A DNA stretch of 64,000 nucleotides, taken from NCBI GenBank assembly GCA_964618725.1, contig CAZUBK010000004.1, forward strand, positions 79,485 through 143,484, in the 5' to 3' direction. Source of the stretch: an uncultured Pseudomonadales bacterium. Lineage in GTDB: Bacteria; Patescibacteriota; Microgenomatia; UBA1400; Chazhemtobacteraceae. The notes beneath the pieces were generated by a model. The model ran no database searches. It was not told the DNA's origin and saw only the letters and a program-made list of their open reading frames with translations. Below, piece by piece: positions 50,168 through 59,059 of this stretch. A program made the translations under genes and the position numbers. Within the stretch, counting starts at the first letter, position 1; each line of letters opens with the position of its first letter.

Positions 50168-50557
50168 CTACTTTTCCAAAATCCGAGCCATCAGCAAAGT
50201 GTAAAACAAAGATGCCAAGGCCATCAAGATCATCACCAGCGGGAGCACTGCTCCCCCAATTCCCAATATCTGCATATCTGGTAGCCAGGAAGCACCCAAC
50301 ACTGCCCACAGCTCAACAACATACAATCCTATTTCCGCCGGGTGACTATTCTGCTCACTAAAGTAAAGACCCACCTTGACCGGCGTGGCCAAAAACAGCT
50401 GGACCAAGACCAGCAGAAGGTAGTTCTCGAAACGAAGTTCCGGTAACCACAAAAAGATCGCGGCAATAGTCAGCACTACACCACTGACCACCGCCTGAAT
50501 TAAGTCCTGGAGCTCATACGGCTCCTTTAACGCCTGTTGTAAATTAACCCTTCCCAT
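50168..50557 (-). CDS. hypothetical small polytopic membrane protein
   Basis: Three hydrophobic helices. Confidence 0.5.
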   Translation of the reverse strand: MGRVNLQQALKEPYELQDLIQAVVSGVVLTIAAIFLWLPELRFENYLLLVLVQLFLATPVKVGLYFSEQNSHPAEIGLYVVELWAVLGASWLPDMQILGIGGAVLPLVMILMALASLFYTLLMARILEK

Positions 50558-50695
50558 TTCTCTATCCTTTCAAAGAACCAAGTTGCCGATAGTATATCAA
50601 GACTGTGATGTGTAAGCAATTACAGATCTTGACAAGCCCCCCTTCTTATGGTACTATAGGACCCATCGTTTCCACATTATAATATTGGAGGAAAC

Positions 50696-51238
50696 ATGGA
50701 TCTCTTTAACAGCGCTAAAGCCAAGGTTGTTCTGGTCAAGAATCATACTCTCACCCAGACCGTCCTCGACGTTCTGGAAGGCGTGATTCTGATTTTGACA
50801 GCCATCCAGGCTGCCAAGGTCACCCTGCTGTTCGCTCTCCATCTGTTTGGGGCGCAAATCCCCAGCTGGGGCGCACAGCTCGCCGGAACTTCCTACCTGC
50901 TGGTTTTGGGGGATTTCGCCCTTCGGGGCGCCGTCCTCTACGGCCTGGTCCGGCTCGAATCTGACCCGAATCAGCGGCGTGAGCTTCACGCCACGGCCAC
51001 GCCCATCATGGCGCTGGCCAGCCTGGGCCTGATTGTCAACCTGCTCCCCTTTGAATGGCGGAGTCTGGGAACAATCGTTCTGATCGGCGCCTTCGGCGGC
51101 ATCACCCATGTGAGCCTCCACGGCACGCTCATGAATTGGAAGCAGACGATTAGTGCCGTCGAGGCACTGTTCAACAAGGCGAACGACAAGCTCGCCAAGA
51201 CTGCTCCGGCTCCGGCCAAGAAACAGACCACCAGCTAG
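50696..51238 (+). CDS. hypothetical polytopic membrane protein in a GC-rich islet
   Basis: Four TM helices. Local GC is about 60% versus about 45% for the window. A strong terminator follows. Confidence 0.55.
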   Translation: MDLFNSAKAKVVLVKNHTLTQTVLDVLEGVILILTAIQAAKVTLLFALHLFGAQIPSWGAQLAGTSYLLVLGDFALRGAVLYGLVRLESDPNQRRELHATATPIMALASLGLIVNLLPFEWRSLGTIVLIGAFGGITHVSLHGTLMNWKQTISAVEALFNKANDKLAKTAPAPAKKQTTS

Positions 51239-51253
51239 CGCAACAAAAGATCA

Positions 51254-51278
51254 CCGCCCCTCATCGAGGGGCGGTTTT
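51254..51278 (+). terminator. intrinsic terminator (CCGCCCCTC-ATC-GAGGGGCGG plus TTTT)
   Basis: Perfect 9-bp hairpin followed by a T-run. Confidence 0.75.
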
Positions 51279-51290
51279 CGTATACAAAAT

Positions 51291-51318
51291 GCCCTCTTTG
51301 TCTAAAAACAAAGAGGGC
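51291..51318 (-). terminator. hairpin terminator for the convergent minus-strand gene (GCCCTCTTTGT-loop-ACAAAGAGGGC)
   Basis: 11-bp perfect stem. The minus-strand downstream sequence is ATTTTGTATA. Confidence 0.5.
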
Positions 51319-51343
51319 TGAAAGTCCCGTTAGAGACGAAAAG

Positions 51344-51943
51344 CTATTCCTGCCGCGTCTGTGACCGCTCCCGGGGTGCCTCGGTTGGGATCCGTGGCGT
51401 CGCCGCCCTGGCCACCGGTATAGTCGCCGACGCATCGGGTTCTTCATTCATCCGCGCCTCAAGACTAGCCGCCGCGTCACCGGCAATCTGACCGATCTTG
51501 GCGCCAACTGGCTTAAGAGCCGACATGAGCATGGAAAGACCAGTGACCAAACCAATCCGAACTCCCCTAAAGACACCCAATTGGTGGTTCTCAACCATCC
51601 AAAGGAGGCCGAAACCAACGAGCAGGACCAGAAGTACGGGTACCGCCGATAACGACGGTAGTAAAATTACCCCAACTGCCGCAATCAACGTCAAACCAAT
51701 CACCAGCAACTCAAAGGCTGCATCTTCAGCCGTATCGAAAAACCAGGTCATCACTTGGAAGACAGCAATCAACGCGATCGATCCACCAGCCAAGTACAAT
51801 GCTTCCATCGGACTCTCGCCCAAAAGTAGGTTCAACAGCAAGTCAACACAGATGATCGTCAGAAAGATAGATTGAATCACATCCCAAACCATCGCCATCT
51901 TCGGCTTGGCTCGCTTATTCTTCCACGCATTCCACAAACCCAT
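51344..51943 (-). CDS. hypothetical polytopic membrane protein in a GC-rich islet
   Basis: Four TM helices and a GC-rich C-terminal tail that is Pro/Arg-rich. Confidence 0.55.
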   Translation of the reverse strand: MGLWNAWKNKRAKPKMAMVWDVIQSIFLTIICVDLLLNLLLGESPMEALYLAGGSIALIAVFQVMTWFFDTAEDAAFELLVIGLTLIAAVGVILLPSLSAVPVLLVLLVGFGLLWMVENHQLGVFRGVRIGLVTGLSMLMSALKPVGAKIGQIAGDAAASLEARMNEEPDASATIPVARAATPRIPTEAPRERSQTRQE

Positions 51944-52042
51944 TTAAGTTTCTCCTTTTTAAGATATAAATGTTCGAATACGCAAATTATACTTCATAGT
52001 AGTGATAAGTCAATCTCATAACCAGACGATAGTAAGATTATT

Positions 52043-52142
52043 ATCGGCGCAGTTATAAGAGGAAGCGCAGGACATCATTTCGATAATACATATTATCGAA
52101 GGTAAGGATGAGCAAGTCGTAAATCCTTTAGGGCTCTTATAA
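52043..52142 (+). repeat. copy C of the ~90-nt structured repeat family (closing stem TTATAAGAG/CTCTTATAA)
   Basis: Shares TTATCGGCGCAG...TTATAAGAGGAAGCGCAG...GAGCAAG with copy A. It has an internal hairpin CGATAAT-ACAT-ATTATCG. Confidence 0.5.
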
Positions 52143-52147
52143 GGTAG

Positions 52148-53053
52148 TTACTTTTCAAACCATCGATTGAATATCACGCTTGTTTCATGAAATTTCGCCC
52201 GAAATGCCGGATAAACAAAATAGGCCGCCATTGCTTCCGCAAATTTTTCTCCGTTTTTTAACACTACATCCAAGGTCTCCAACTCTCCCGTTGCATAATC
52301 ACGAGTCACATCAATTCTCGTATCACTTTCATCTTTCTCAAGAGCCGAAATAACATCGCCTTGTTCTTCTGGTGACAACTGAGCCCAAATAAGATGAGCC
52401 ATTTCGTGCCGAAATGTTCTTTCATACGCTGCCAATAATATATCAGTCTTGTCTCCAGATACCTCCCTCATTCGACTCACAGTAGGTAAATACAGAAGGA
52501 CTCTTTTCTGTTTAATTTCTGAATGGCCCCCATATACACTTTTGCGAGACTGGCTGTACCAGCGAGTCGGTATAACCACTATCTCTGAAACTACATCTTC
52601 CTTCTCTATATCACTCGGCACCATCTCCTCTACCATCACCATCATCTTTTTTCGAAACTCCTCCATCTCCATAGCAGTCATATCAAATCCCTCTGGTCCC
52701 AGTATCCTAACCCCATCAATTGGAGCAATCTCACTAGTCTTAGCAAGAATCTGCCACTTCCCCTCAATATCTTCCCAAGTTCTTGCCGTATGGAGAGCAC
52801 TGTCAGGAAATTCTTGTCTTCTCAACATCTTTTCAGCCATGGTCTGGACTTGCTCATCAGCTTTGTGAGATACCCCCTGCTTTGCTCTTAATGCAAAAGT
52901 TGTCCAAAGCACCTTCTCAACATTCATTTTCCTATTAGTTTGTCCTTCAAAGTCAGCCGGTCTACTAGGTTGTTTCAACAACTTATACACCCACAACCTA
53001 TCACGGTTCTCAACCTCTCGCTCTGTCGGTCTAGTCTCAATCGTCTCATCCAT
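52148..53053 (-). CDS. putative HExxH metallopeptidase-like protein (paralog 1)
   Basis: FRHEMAHLIWAQLSPEEQ lies near the C-terminus, with the same placement as in 53320..54471. Confidence 0.5.
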   Translation of the reverse strand: MDETIETRPTEREVENRDRLWVYKLLKQPSRPADFEGQTNRKMNVEKVLWTTFALRAKQGVSHKADEQVQTMAEKMLRRQEFPDSALHTARTWEDIEGKWQILAKTSEIAPIDGVRILGPEGFDMTAMEMEEFRKKMMVMVEEMVPSDIEKEDVVSEIVVIPTRWYSQSRKSVYGGHSEIKQKRVLLYLPTVSRMREVSGDKTDILLAAYERTFRHEMAHLIWAQLSPEEQGDVISALEKDESDTRIDVTRDYATGELETLDVVLKNGEKFAEAMAAYFVYPAFRAKFHETSVIFNRWFEK

Positions 53054-53056
53054 ACC

Positions 53057-53320
53057 TTAGGCTTCAATTCTATAACCGTTCTCAAATAACACAGCCCTCA
53101 ATCCTACAAAATACTCTAGATCATTTACATCCGTTACTAGTTTAACTCCATGCCCTATGACCCCATCTCCAGCTACAACTGTTCTCACTTCCACACCTTC
53201 TTTTACCGTCTCTAACACTCGTTTCAACTCTAGACCATTCTCTCCAACAACAACCCAATTTCCATTCTGGTATTGGATCCTCCATTCTCTGTTATCTTTT
53301 TTTACTCTATATTCTTCCAT
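53057..53320 (-). CDS. small hypothetical protein (87 aa) between the two HExxH paralogs
   Basis: Tightly packed, with a 4-nt gap and a shared boundary, suggesting one operon. Confidence 0.45.
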   Translation of the reverse strand: MEEYRVKKDNREWRIQYQNGNWVVVGENGLELKRVLETVKEGVEVRTVVAGDGVIGHGVKLVTDVNDLEYFVGLRAVLFENGYRIEA

Positions 53321-54471
53321 TATTTGATTTTTGGATTATGTATTTCGTCTAACACTCGCATTGTATTCCTAAAGAATTTCTTATACTGTCCCAGCTTCCC
53401 ATAGCTCTTGTATATTTCCATAGACATCGTGTATATCTCCTGCTGCTGTTGTTCTTCAAGGAGTTTTAGTAAATATCTCTCGGGATAAGCAAAGGATGGT
53501 AAATACCCATCATTCGTTTGTTCGTCAAGTACGGCCGCTTGTAGTATTTGATCTTTTTGTTCATCAGTCAAGACATAATTCCAGTCTAAATGTCCAATTT
53601 CATGTATGAAATAATCTCTATAAAGATATTTAAATGTCTCAACGGCATCCTGACTCAAACCAGCCAAGAAGACTTTAGCCATAGGGGATATTTGTATATA
53701 TCTTCTATCGGAGTCAGCACGACCCACAACAACCATTCCGCCTACCAACAGTACATTTTCAGGAACAAAATCTATATGATCAACTAAATCAACTACTTCT
53801 CCCCCTGGTAACATCACTGTATCACTAACATCTTTATTTACACAGCTTTCATTCATTATCATCTCATACGTACTATAAAGTCTCCTTATCTCATCCTCGG
53901 TTAATCCCCAAAGTTCCAACCCCCTTATTTTCCCTCCCCCAGGCACCTCTCCCTTTCTGTCTGATACTTCTTTCCTCAATACAATCAAACGTTTGACCAG
54001 TGAATTGTAAATTTTCTGATCAAAGCTATCTTCATCCCAAAGAGTGTTTGAGATTTGATCTGCCTCTTCTCGCAATACCACCATTTGATCTCTCAAGTCA
54101 CCCAATTCCTCATCCTCTAAAACAGCATCTGCTGCTGCCACTATGTAGCTTGCTACTAATATCTGACCACCGAATTTCACCTTCCTTTTACCAACCCTAC
54201 CCTCCTTACTCTCCTGTATCATCCATTTTGCTATCTCACCAATATCCTCCTTCATTCTTTTGACCGGTAGTCCTGGGATTAGTACTTTGTCATACAAAAA
54301 CTCATACAACTTTCGACTCAGTTCACAACTTCTTTCTTCCTCCTGACTTTCTGGGTCCTTCATCCTCAGGGGAAATAACTCGCCAAACCTATCAAACACC
54401 CATTTGCTTTCGACTTGCCGTACTCCATCAATTTTCACCCCTTCCGAAATCTCATCCGCCATATTCAACAT
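53320..54471 (-). CDS. putative HExxH metallopeptidase-like protein (paralog 2)
   Basis: FIHEIGHLDWNYVLTDEQ has the same motif placement as 52148..53053. Confidence 0.5.
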   Translation of the reverse strand: MLNMADEISEGVKIDGVRQVESKWVFDRFGELFPLRMKDPESQEEERSCELSRKLYEFLYDKVLIPGLPVKRMKEDIGEIAKWMIQESKEGRVGKRKVKFGGQILVASYIVAAADAVLEDEELGDLRDQMVVLREEADQISNTLWDEDSFDQKIYNSLVKRLIVLRKEVSDRKGEVPGGGKIRGLELWGLTEDEIRRLYSTYEMIMNESCVNKDVSDTVMLPGGEVVDLVDHIDFVPENVLLVGGMVVVGRADSDRRYIQISPMAKVFLAGLSQDAVETFKYLYRDYFIHEIGHLDWNYVLTDEQKDQILQAAVLDEQTNDGYLPSFAYPERYLLKLLEEQQQQEIYTMSMEIYKSYGKLGQYKKFFRNTMRVLDEIHNPKIK

Positions 54472-54508
54472 CCTACCACCAATCCCCCTCTTCTTCTATT
54501 CTTTCTTG

Positions 54509-54582
54509 TGGACCCGATCGGGATCGAACCGATTACCTCCACTATGCCATAGTGGCGCTCTAGCCAAGTGAGCTACGGGCCC
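54509..54582 (-). tRNA. tRNA-Ala (anticodon GGC)
   Basis: Minus strand GGGCCCG-TA-GCTC-ACTTGGCTA-GAGC...CCACT-ATGGCAT-AGTGG...ATCGG-TTCGATC-CCGAT-CGGGTCC-A. The G3·U70 alanine identity pair is present. Confidence 0.8.
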
Positions 54583-54699
54583 GCGTAAAACGTGGCAAGC
54601 CAAGCTACATTTTACCATGTTATTATAACCACCAATAGTGAAAATTAAGCTCTTATCCCCCTACGCACCTTTCCATTCATGTTCTTAAGGAGACCTCCC

Positions 54700-54909
54700 A
54701 TGTCCAATCTTCCTCTGTCAAGCATCAAAGTCTTCTCTGATACCACTCCTTTCAAGGTCGAAGTTCAAGCCCAAACCTGGTCAGAGCTGATGAGTCGCAC
54801 CTACAACAACTTCCAGATCACCGCCCTTACTTCTACCTATACTCCAGCCGAAGGCCGCCACAAAGCTTTTTTCATCCTGACAATCGCCTATACTTACGAT
54901 CCCTTTTAA
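54700..54909 (+). CDS. small hypothetical protein (~69 aa) between inverted tRNA-Ala genes
   Basis: AAGGAG SD at 54687-54692, 7 nt before the ATG at 54700. The ORF-track start at 54679 is less likely. Confidence 0.4.
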   Translation: MSNLPLSSIKVFSDTTPFKVEVQAQTWSELMSRTYNNFQITALTSTYTPAEGRHKAFFILTIAYTYDPF

Positions 54910-55013
54910 TCCTTTTTTTCACCACCTCCTCTTGGCTGGTTTCTGTCTGTTTCTTCCATCAGTGTGGCAAACTATCTCTGGCTTGCCGCGTTTTGGCTTG
55001 CCGCGTTTTACGC

Positions 55014-55084
55014 GGGCCCGTAGTTAAACGGTATACCATACCCTTCGCATGGGTAGATTCCGGGTTCGACTCCCGGCGGGTCCA
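55014..55084 (+). tRNA. tRNA-Ala-like (anticodon CGC), possibly degenerate
   Basis: GGGCCCG acceptor identical to the minus-strand tRNA-Ala, G3·U70, loop TTCGCAT, T-arm CCGGG-TTCGACT-CCCGG. The D-arm is atypical with one mismatch. Confidence 0.5.
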
Positions 55085-55681
55085 CATCTCAACAAAACTC
55101 TCCCGAAAGGAAACGCACCTTGATTCTCAAACACGTCTTTACTCTGGAAAGAAAGCAAGCCATCCGCGTCTTTAATTTCTCCGGCTTTCGCTTCACCTTC
55201 ATCGATGACAAATTCCCCATCACTCTAGTCAAAGCCATTCTCCATCTCACCCCTACTCAACTCAACCCCAACCTTTCTTTTCTTAACGACTTACCTATTA
55301 ACTCACCCCTCATCTTCACCTTCACCAACTGGGTTCTCCCCTTTGAGCCGTCCCCCCCGCTTAACTTTGACTTAAGTAGGCTTACCGACTCCGACCTCCT
55401 CATCCGCTCCCATCACTCCAGTTACGAAGCCATCCCCCGCTACCACTCGTATGCTCACTCCATTAGACGAATATATCGTCGTCTTACTCTAGAGAGTTCA
55501 GCCTTTAATTCTGTTGGCACCCGTCCCAAACACCAAATAATTCTCCCTCTCAGCCGCCAACACTTTCGCTTAAGCCAACATCTTCTCCCTGGGACTGTCT
55601 TTCGCTTTAATCTGCAACTCAAAGTCGATAACTAGTTTCACTCCCCCGCCAACCGGCGGGGTTCTCGTGTAAAATATCCTT

Positions 55682-55870
55682 ATGTCAGATCTAACCCTTA
55701 TCTGCAAGAACTGCGATAACGAATTTGTCTTCTCACAAGTCGCAGATCCCCGTATGGGGAGCGAACAGACTTTCTATACCCAAAAAGGCATTCCTGTCCC
55801 GATATATTGCCCAATTTGCCGTGCCCTGAAAAGAGCAGAAAGTCTCCACCCACCCAAACCAAAAATCTAA
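55682..55870 (+). CDS. zinc-ribbon protein (CxxC...CPxC)
   Basis: ICKNCDNEF...YCPICRA. A GC hairpin lies about 15 nt upstream. Confidence 0.5.
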   Translation: MSDLTLICKNCDNEFVFSQVADPRMGSEQTFYTQKGIPVPIYCPICRALKRAESLHPPKPKI

Positions 55871-57216
55871 TGTAATCTCTCCAGAAACTCAATATTCGTC
55901 CTGATTCCCTTCTCCCACATACTCAAACTCAACTTCTCGTTCGGGCTATGCAATCCATCATCAGGCAATCCATACCCCATCATCACACTATCAATCCCTA
56001 GTATTTTCTTGAAATCAACCGTTATCCCGATACTCCCGCCAGCCAGTTCATAAAGTGGCTTGTTACCAAACACTTTCTCAAACGCCTCCTCTGCCGCCTT
56101 GAAATACCGACTATCTTTATTAAGCAACAGCGGCTCCGCTCCATGAAGCGATATCACCTCAATAGTTGCTCCTTCCGGAGTCAGCGACTTGATATATCCA
56201 GTAAACTTCTCCGCAATATCCTTACTCGTTTGGTTTGGTACTAACCTCATACTGATTTTGGCATGCGCTTCTGCTGGTATCGCCGTCTTTGGCCCGACCC
56301 CAGTATACCCACTCCAAATTCCGTTTACATCCAATGTCGGCCTTGCCCCCGCTCTCATCTGGACACTCATCCCTTCTTCCCCCACTGCTATTGTGGCTCC
56401 TGTCTCACTCATTACCTCTTTTTCAGTAAAAGGAAACTTCTCTAATTGCTTTCTCTCCTGAACTGACACCTCCCTCACTTCATCATAAAAGCCTGACACC
56501 AATATTCGCCCATCTTTATCTTTCAGTTTGGCAATTATCTCCGCTAAGACATTGGCTGCATTTAAGACATTTCCTCCATACGTCCCACTGTGAACGTCAA
56601 AAGACAATGTCTTCACATGGACTTCCATATAGGCCAGCCCTCGTAAGCCATATGTAATCACCGGTTGGTTTTCTGACAACGAATGATTATCCGACAAAAC
56701 ACAAATGTCACTTTTCAAAAGCGTCTTGTTATCCGCTACAAACTCACTTAACCCTTTCGATCCTATTTCTTCCGCTCCCTCAATCAGAAACTTTATATTC
56801 ACCGGCAATCTCCCCTTCTTTTCCAATAGCGCCTCGACCGCCGCAATCCAGGTGTATAGCTGTCCCTTGTCATCCGCCGTCCCTCTACCGTAGATATTTC
56901 CTGCTCGAATCTCTGGCTTAAACGGTTCGCTGCTCCACTCCCCTAACGGTTCCGGCGACTGGACGTCGTAATGGCCATAGATCAAGACCGTTGGCGAGAG
57001 GTCTCCTGCATCAAGTCTCTCCGCATAGACCACCGGCCGTTCATTTTCCATCACCTTCGCTTCAAAGCCCATCCCTTTCAGTTTGTTTATCAACCACAAC
57101 GCCGCCTCTTCCATCTGGGGAGCATATTCTTCATCCGCTGATAGCGACGAAATCGCTAATAGTTCAGATAGTTCCTTCAACCATTTTCCTTTTTTCTCTG
57201 CCGTAATCTCAGCCAT
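55867..57216 (-). CDS. M20 family dipeptidase/peptidase (ArgE/DapE-like)
   Basis: ...LIYGHYDVQSPEP...GRGTADDKGQLY...FLIEGAEEIGS... Start chosen at MAEITAEKK; the ORF track extends about 94 codons further. Confidence 0.8.
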   Translation of the reverse strand: MAEITAEKKGKWLKELSELLAISSLSADEEYAPQMEEAALWLINKLKGMGFEAKVMENERPVVYAERLDAGDLSPTVLIYGHYDVQSPEPLGEWSSEPFKPEIRAGNIYGRGTADDKGQLYTWIAAVEALLEKKGRLPVNIKFLIEGAEEIGSKGLSEFVADNKTLLKSDICVLSDNHSLSENQPVITYGLRGLAYMEVHVKTLSFDVHSGTYGGNVLNAANVLAEIIAKLKDKDGRILVSGFYDEVREVSVQERKQLEKFPFTEKEVMSETGATIAVGEEGMSVQMRAGARPTLDVNGIWSGYTGVGPKTAIPAEAHAKISMRLVPNQTSKDIAEKFTGYIKSLTPEGATIEVISLHGAEPLLLNKDSRYFKAAEEAFEKVFGNKPLYELAGGSIGITVDFKKILGIDSVMMGYGLPDDGLHSPNEKLSLSMWEKGIRTNIEFLERLH

Positions 57217-57297
57217 AAAGCAATTGTACTCTAACCCTTGCACATTTGTTAAGGGTTGTATATACTTATAGGATCGACATCTACACAAGGAGAAAAC

Positions 57298-57516
57298 TTG
57301 TCCAAAACATCGCTGCCCCGCGTCAAAGTTGTCTTTGACGCCACCACAGGTGAATATTTTCTCAGCACTAACGGTGAAGCCGAACCACATCTCGCCCTCG
57401 TTGCCTTGCGCAAGACCGCCGCAGACGATGGTTGGGAGATCCACTCCAAGCTCCAGCGGATTCTCGGCTCGTATCGCGTCCTCGTCGTCAAAGCACATTC
57501 AGAAACGGAGAAATAA
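57298..57516 (+). CDS. small hypothetical protein (TTG start after AAGGAG)
   Basis: Its stop overlaps the ATG of the next gene (TAATG). Confidence 0.4.
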   Translation: MSKTSLPRVKVVFDATTGEYFLSTNGEAEPHLALVALRKTAADDGWEIHSKLQRILGSYRVLVVKAHSETEK

Positions 57517-57980
57517 TGATCAAAGTTGCTCGTTACGCTGGAATCAAAGTCACTCAGTCCAATAATACTCTGATGATTAGTGGCACCTCGCTGAGCATCA
57601 ACGCAAAGTGGGCCGCCAGCCAGTTTGCCAAAAAATATGGTTATGAACTCGATACTGAGTTAGCGAAACGGGAGTATCCCACCCTTCATTTCGTGGTTGG
57701 CATTAAACCCAAGGTCACTTACACGGACGGCAACATTCTTGTCACCGGACTTGATGCCAATGGTACACAAAGTATTCAATCCATTCTCGAGTTGGCTTTG
57801 GAATACACTCGGGAAAACCAGTTGATTCTCGACTCAATCGACCCCGAACAGATCGTGTATCTCCATCTGATTACTTCAGATGGTCATATCCCGGCCTATC
57901 TCATTCCTGCCAAACCAATTACCTGGATCCGCCCGGAACCAACCGCGCACTCGCCTCTTGGCATGCCAGACGCCTGGTGA
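57516..57980 (+). CDS. hypothetical protein (154 aa)
   Basis: GGAG SD before the ATG at 57516 (MIKVARYAG...). Confidence 0.55.
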   Translation: MIKVARYAGIKVTQSNNTLMISGTSLSINAKWAASQFAKKYGYELDTELAKREYPTLHFVVGIKPKVTYTDGNILVTGLDANGTQSIQSILELALEYTRENQLILDSIDPEQIVYLHLITSDGHIPAYLIPAKPITWIRPEPTAHSPLGMPDAW

Positions 57981-58012
57981 TATATCTCGACCCCCTCTCA
58001 CAGGGGGTCATT

Positions 58013-59035
58013 TTATACTTTCTTGAGTAACATCTTCTTCAACTCCTCAATCCCTTTTCCTGTTGCTGCCGAAACAGGCAGAATATCCACTCCCTTGTCC
58101 GCCAAATACCCGACTATTTGCTCCACCTCTCCTTCTCCCAACACATCGATTTTACTTAACACCACTATCTCTTTTTTCTTTAATAGCTTCTTGTCGTATT
58201 CCTCCATCTCTTTGCTGACTATCTGATAACTCTCCCACAATGCGGCAGGTTCCCTACCTTCCAGAACATGGACCAAAACTCTCGTCCTCTCAATGTGGCG
58301 CAGAAACTCATCTCCCAAACCCCTACCATGACTTGCCCCTTCAATCAATCCAGGAATATCGGCAACAACAATCCCTTTCCTCTCTTTTCTTCCTCCCACC
58401 TCTAATACTCCCAGGTTTGGCACCAAAGTCGTGAAGGGGTAATCGGCGATCACCGGATTTGCCCGAGTTAATACACTAAGAAGGGTGCTTTTCCCCGCAT
58501 TCGGCAGCCCTATCAATCCTACCTCAGCTAATAGTTTCAACTCTAAAATCAATTCTCTCTCTTCTCCCCGTGTCCCTTCCTCAAACTCCATTGGCGTCTG
58601 ATTTGATGCACTTCTAAATCGCCAGTTTCCTCGTCCACCTCTACCTGCCTGCACCACCATTATTCTTAGTCCTTCTTCATTAAGATCCAAAATATGATTC
58701 TCTCCCCGCCTATCTTGATATTTAACTAACGTTCCTACCGGCACTTTTAAAATCACATCCAACCCGCCTCTCCCCGTCATCTTGTTTATTCCTCCCGGTT
58801 TGCCGCTCTCTGCCTCAAATTCTTTTTTGTAGCGAAAATTGATCAAAGTGTTCAAATTTCGGTCCGTCTCTACATATATTGATCCACCATCCCCTCCATC
58901 ACCGCCGTCAGGTCCTCCTTTTGGTTGATGTCGTGATCTCAAGAAATGAACCATCCCGTTTCCTCCATCTCCCGCCTTCACTTGTATTTCCGCATAGTCT
59001 ATCATTTGTCCTATTTTAGCATTGATTATCCTCAA
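58013..59035 (-). CDS. obg: GTPase Obg/CgtA
   Basis: Obg fold with the Gly-rich GGPDGGDGGDGGSIY, G1 GLPNAGKST, and G3/G4 motifs. Confidence 0.9.
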   Translation of the reverse strand: MRIINAKIGQMIDYAEIQVKAGDGGNGMVHFLRSRHQPKGGPDGGDGGDGGSIYVETDRNLNTLINFRYKKEFEAESGKPGGINKMTGRGGLDVILKVPVGTLVKYQDRRGENHILDLNEEGLRIMVVQAGRGGRGNWRFRSASNQTPMEFEEGTRGEERELILELKLLAEVGLIGLPNAGKSTLLSVLTRANPVIADYPFTTLVPNLGVLEVGGRKERKGIVVADIPGLIEGASHGRGLGDEFLRHIERTRVLVHVLEGREPAALWESYQIVSKEMEEYDKKLLKKKEIVVLSKIDVLGEGEVEQIVGYLADKGVDILPVSAATGKGIEELKKMLLKKV

Positions 59036-59059
59036 ATGCTATGAGTCTGAAAATATTCT

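Noticed and set aside
55120-55635. 171-aa ORF starting right after the + tRNA-Ala-like gene
   Set aside because: It has no RBS and is G-poor with Ser/Leu/Pro-rich low complexity. It is more likely non-coding or the shadow of a decayed gene.
57249-57491. 80-aa minus-strand ORF
   Set aside because: It is antisense to the better-supported SD-led + strand genes 57298..57516 and 57516..57980.
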